A stretch of 64,000 bases of DNA. Origin: Malacoraja senta (Eukaryota). Shown here piece by piece: positions 60,846 to 64,000 of the stretch (its first letter is position 1; each line of letters starts with the position of its first letter). The notes under the pieces were generated by a model that saw only the letters and a list, made by a program, of their open reading frames with translations, had not been told where the DNA came from and did not search any database. The position numbers and the translations under genes are program-made. The stretch lies in assembly GCA_038087875.1 (NCBI GenBank), contig CM075995.1, positions 1,304,001 through 1,368,000 of the forward strand. Direction: 5' to 3'.

Positions 60846-63800
60846 TATGACTCTGTATGTGTGTGTGTGTGTGTGTGTAGAGGGCGTCAGCTCTGGACAG
60901 TTCTCCAGTGCAAAGCTGACTCTATATTCATAAATTCCACTGACTTGCAAACAGCGTTACGTATAGTGAATCAGAGGGGATGCTGTGTTATAATCAAACC
61001 CATTCTCAACCCCCCCACGCCAAAATAAAATCCACTAGAAACAGTTCCCAAAGTCCTGGCATATCCGACGCAACATAATTCCTTTCTTTCTGACTCACTG
61101 AGGCTTCTTCAGCAGCAGCACCCAAATAAACAACCTATCCAGAAGGATAAAAACAGCAAGTTACATTAAAAAAAGATAGACAACAAAATGCTGGAGTAAC
61201 TCAGCGGGACAGGCAGCATCTCTGGAGAGAAGGAATGGGTGATGTTTCGGGTCAAGACCCTTCTTCAAAAAGCATTCTTTCTAAGTCGTGTTCCATGCTG
61301 GTTTATTAAAATAATAGACAATAGACAATAGGTGCAGGAGTAGGCCATTCGGCCCTTTGAGCCAGCACCGCCATTCAATGTGATCATGGCTGATCAGTCA
61401 CAATCAGTAGCCCGTTCCTGCCTTCTCCCCATATCTCTAGACTCCGCTATCTTCAAGAGCCCTATCAGTGGTAAACAAATGATACAAAGTGCTGGAGGAA
61501 CTCAACGGGTCTGGCAGCAACTCGTGTTTATAAGTCATGTGATAGGAGCAGAATTGGGCCATTTGAATTAGAATTTGGCCAGAATTAGGCCATTTAGCCC
61601 ATTATATCAATACCCTGCCATTCAATCATGACTGATCTATCTTTCCCTCGCAACCCCATTCTCCTGCCTTCACCCCATAACCCCATGGCACTCGGAGAGC
61701 GTTTTGGGTCAGGGCTCCACCCTAAAGTGCCTGACCCACTGAGTTACTCCAGCACTTTGTGTCTTCTTTTTTTGTAAACCAGCATCTGCAGTTCCTTGTT
61801 GCTATTTTGTTTGTGAATTTGATACTATGCATTAACGATCACTTTGGGAAGGGAGTTGGTCAGAAAGAAACATTATGGTAGCTTTACGACCTGTAAGTGT
61901 AGAATGTTTACTTGGAACCAAAGAGTCATACAGCATAGAAACAGGCCCTTCAGCCCAGCCTGCCCATGCCAACCAAGAGATCCTATCTAAACTAGACCCA
62001 GTTACCCACAGAAAAAGACACAGTGCTGAAGTAACTCAGTGGGTTACGCAGCATCTCTGGAGAACATGGATGGGTGATGTTTCGGTTTGAGAGTCTGAAG
62101 AAGAGTCTTGACTCGGAACATTGTCTATCCGTATACTCCCGAGATGCTGCCGTATCTGCTGAATTACTCCGGTACTTTGTGTCTAATTTTGTAAACCAGC
62201 TCTGCAGTTCCTTGTTTCCCCATTCACCAATTTACTTTAGTTTGGAGATACAGCGTGGAAACAGGGCCTTGGGCCCTCAGAGTTTGCACCCACCAATGAT
62301 CACTGGTGCTGGCTCGAAGGGCCGAATGGCCTACTCCTGCACCTATTGTCTATTGTCACCCCGTACACTAGTTGTATGTTATCCCAGTTACGCATGCTAC
62401 ACACTAGGGGCAATTTACAGAAGCCAATTAACCTACAAACCTGCGTGACTTTGGAATATGGGAGGAAACCGGAGCACCCGGAAAAACCCATGCGGTCATG
62501 GGGAGAATGTGCAAACTGCACACAGACGGTACCCGTGGTCAGGATTGAACGTCAGTCTCTGGCGCTGTAAGGCAGCGATTCTACCGCTCCGCCACCATGC
62601 CGACTTAATCCATGTTTGACCCATATCTAATATCGAACCTTTCCTAGCATGTACTTGCCCAAATCTCTCTTAAATGTTCTTATGGTACGTACCTCAACTA
62701 CATCCTCCTACCTCTCTGCGAAAAAAAAAATGATCTGAAATATCTCCACGGGTGCTCAGAAATTCCCTTGGCTCAGCTGAAGGGTCTCGTGCCTTTGGTA
62801 CGTCTGACTGCATTGGATACATACAGTAATAAGTACTCACGGAATGCTGGAGTTACTCAGCGGGACAGGCGGCGTCTCTGGAGAGAAGGAACGAGTGACG
62901 TTTTGGGTCGAGACTGAAGAAGGCTCTCGATCTGAAACGTCACCCGTTCCTTCTCTCCAGAGATGCTCCCTGTCCAGCTGAGCTGCTCCAGCATTTTGTG
63001 TCTACCGTCGGTGTAAACCAGCATCTGCAGTTCCTTCCTCCACAGTGTAGTACGTAGTCGTCCCTGATGGAATTAAGCAACTCTCAGCCCGCCATGTTTG
63101 TCAAATAAGCACTTCAAGGTAAATAGGAAGAAAAGTAAATTGCATGCCCCACTGATCTTTGACACCTCTGGAGATGGTAGAGAGTAAATTGTTGTAGGCA
63201 TAAGTTCTTGTTCACATGTAAAATGTTCATGGGGTAAAATGTCCTTTCACACACATGACCAAGCAACTTCCTGTCATGTGACAACCCCTTATGGTCATAA
63301 AGTCATAAGGTCATAAGTGATAGGTGCAGAATTAGGCCATTCGGCCCATCAAGTCTACTCTGCCATTCAATCTCACCCCCAATCTCACCCCCATTCTCCT
63401 GTCTTAGAAACATAGACATAGAAACATAGAAAATAGGTGCAGGAGTAGGCCATTCGGCCCTTCGAGCCTGCACCGCCATTCAATATGATCATGGCTGATC
63501 ATCCAACTCAGTATCCTGTACCTGCCTTCTCTCCATACCCCCTGATCCCTTTAGCCACAAGGGCCACATCTAACTCCCTCTTAAATATAGCCAATGAACT
63601 GGCCTCATTGGCTATATTCAGGTCTTCTCCCCATAACCCCTGAAACCCGTACTGATCAAGAATCTATCAATCTCCTCCACAGCCTTCTGTGGCAATGAAT
63701 TCCACAGATTCAATACCCTCTGACTAAAGACATTTCTCATCTACTTTCTATAGATTCATTTCACTTGCACTTTATAATAACTTGACTTGACCATATGTCA

Positions 63801-64000
63801 AGTTATTATAAAGGCTATGACATCTGGTCCTAGACCCTCCAGCCAGTGGACACTTCCTCTCCACATCCACTCTATCTATCCAGTCCTTTCACTATTCGGT
63901 AAGCTTGAACGAGGTCCACCCTCATCCTTCTAAACTCCAGCGAGTACAGGCCCAGTCTGTACAGACCATTCCGGGGTGACGGACAATTGTGGCGGATTTG

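Noticed and set aside
29347..64000. Next CDKAL1 exon (expected ...ADLWLLNSCTVKNP...)
   Set aside because: Not found by eye; presumably downstream of the window or in the gap. TBLASTN would settle it.

Overview
Eukaryotic (vertebrate) genomic DNA, most likely from an elasmobranch such as a skate or ray. This is inferred from the HE1/V-SINE-like, CR1, Rex1 and Penelope repeat content. Two host genes are recognisable, both on the + strand and in the order seen at human 6p22.3. The first is the last coding exon of E2F3 (1609-1883) with a probable long 3'UTR. The second is the 5' part of CDKAL1: a CpG-island promoter with non-coding exon 1 (donor at 16453) and coding exons at 20109-20269 and 29234-29346. 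The rest of the window is a CDKAL1 intron packed with mobile DNA. It holds a decayed ~4 kb hAT transposon head-to-head with the CDKAL1 promoter, Rex1, CR1 and Penelope retroelements, a family of Harbinger-like MITEs, a 2.45 kb non-autonomous Helitron with a minisatellite core, two tandem duplications (~0.8 kb and ~3 kb) and a 200-N gap. Five observations stand out: (i) many short Penelope-derived elements carrying a minimal hammerhead-ribozyme core; (ii) a GC-rich non-coding retroelement family with a conserved stem, a conserved splice-donor/U1-like motif and Rex1-type tails; (iii) six overlapping GTAAGT donors at CDKAL1 exon 1; (iv) a ~255 bp old palindrome; (v) a Glu-to-Ala change in the E2F3 Rb-binding motif. 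No database searches were run; family assignments come from motif recognition and need confirmation.
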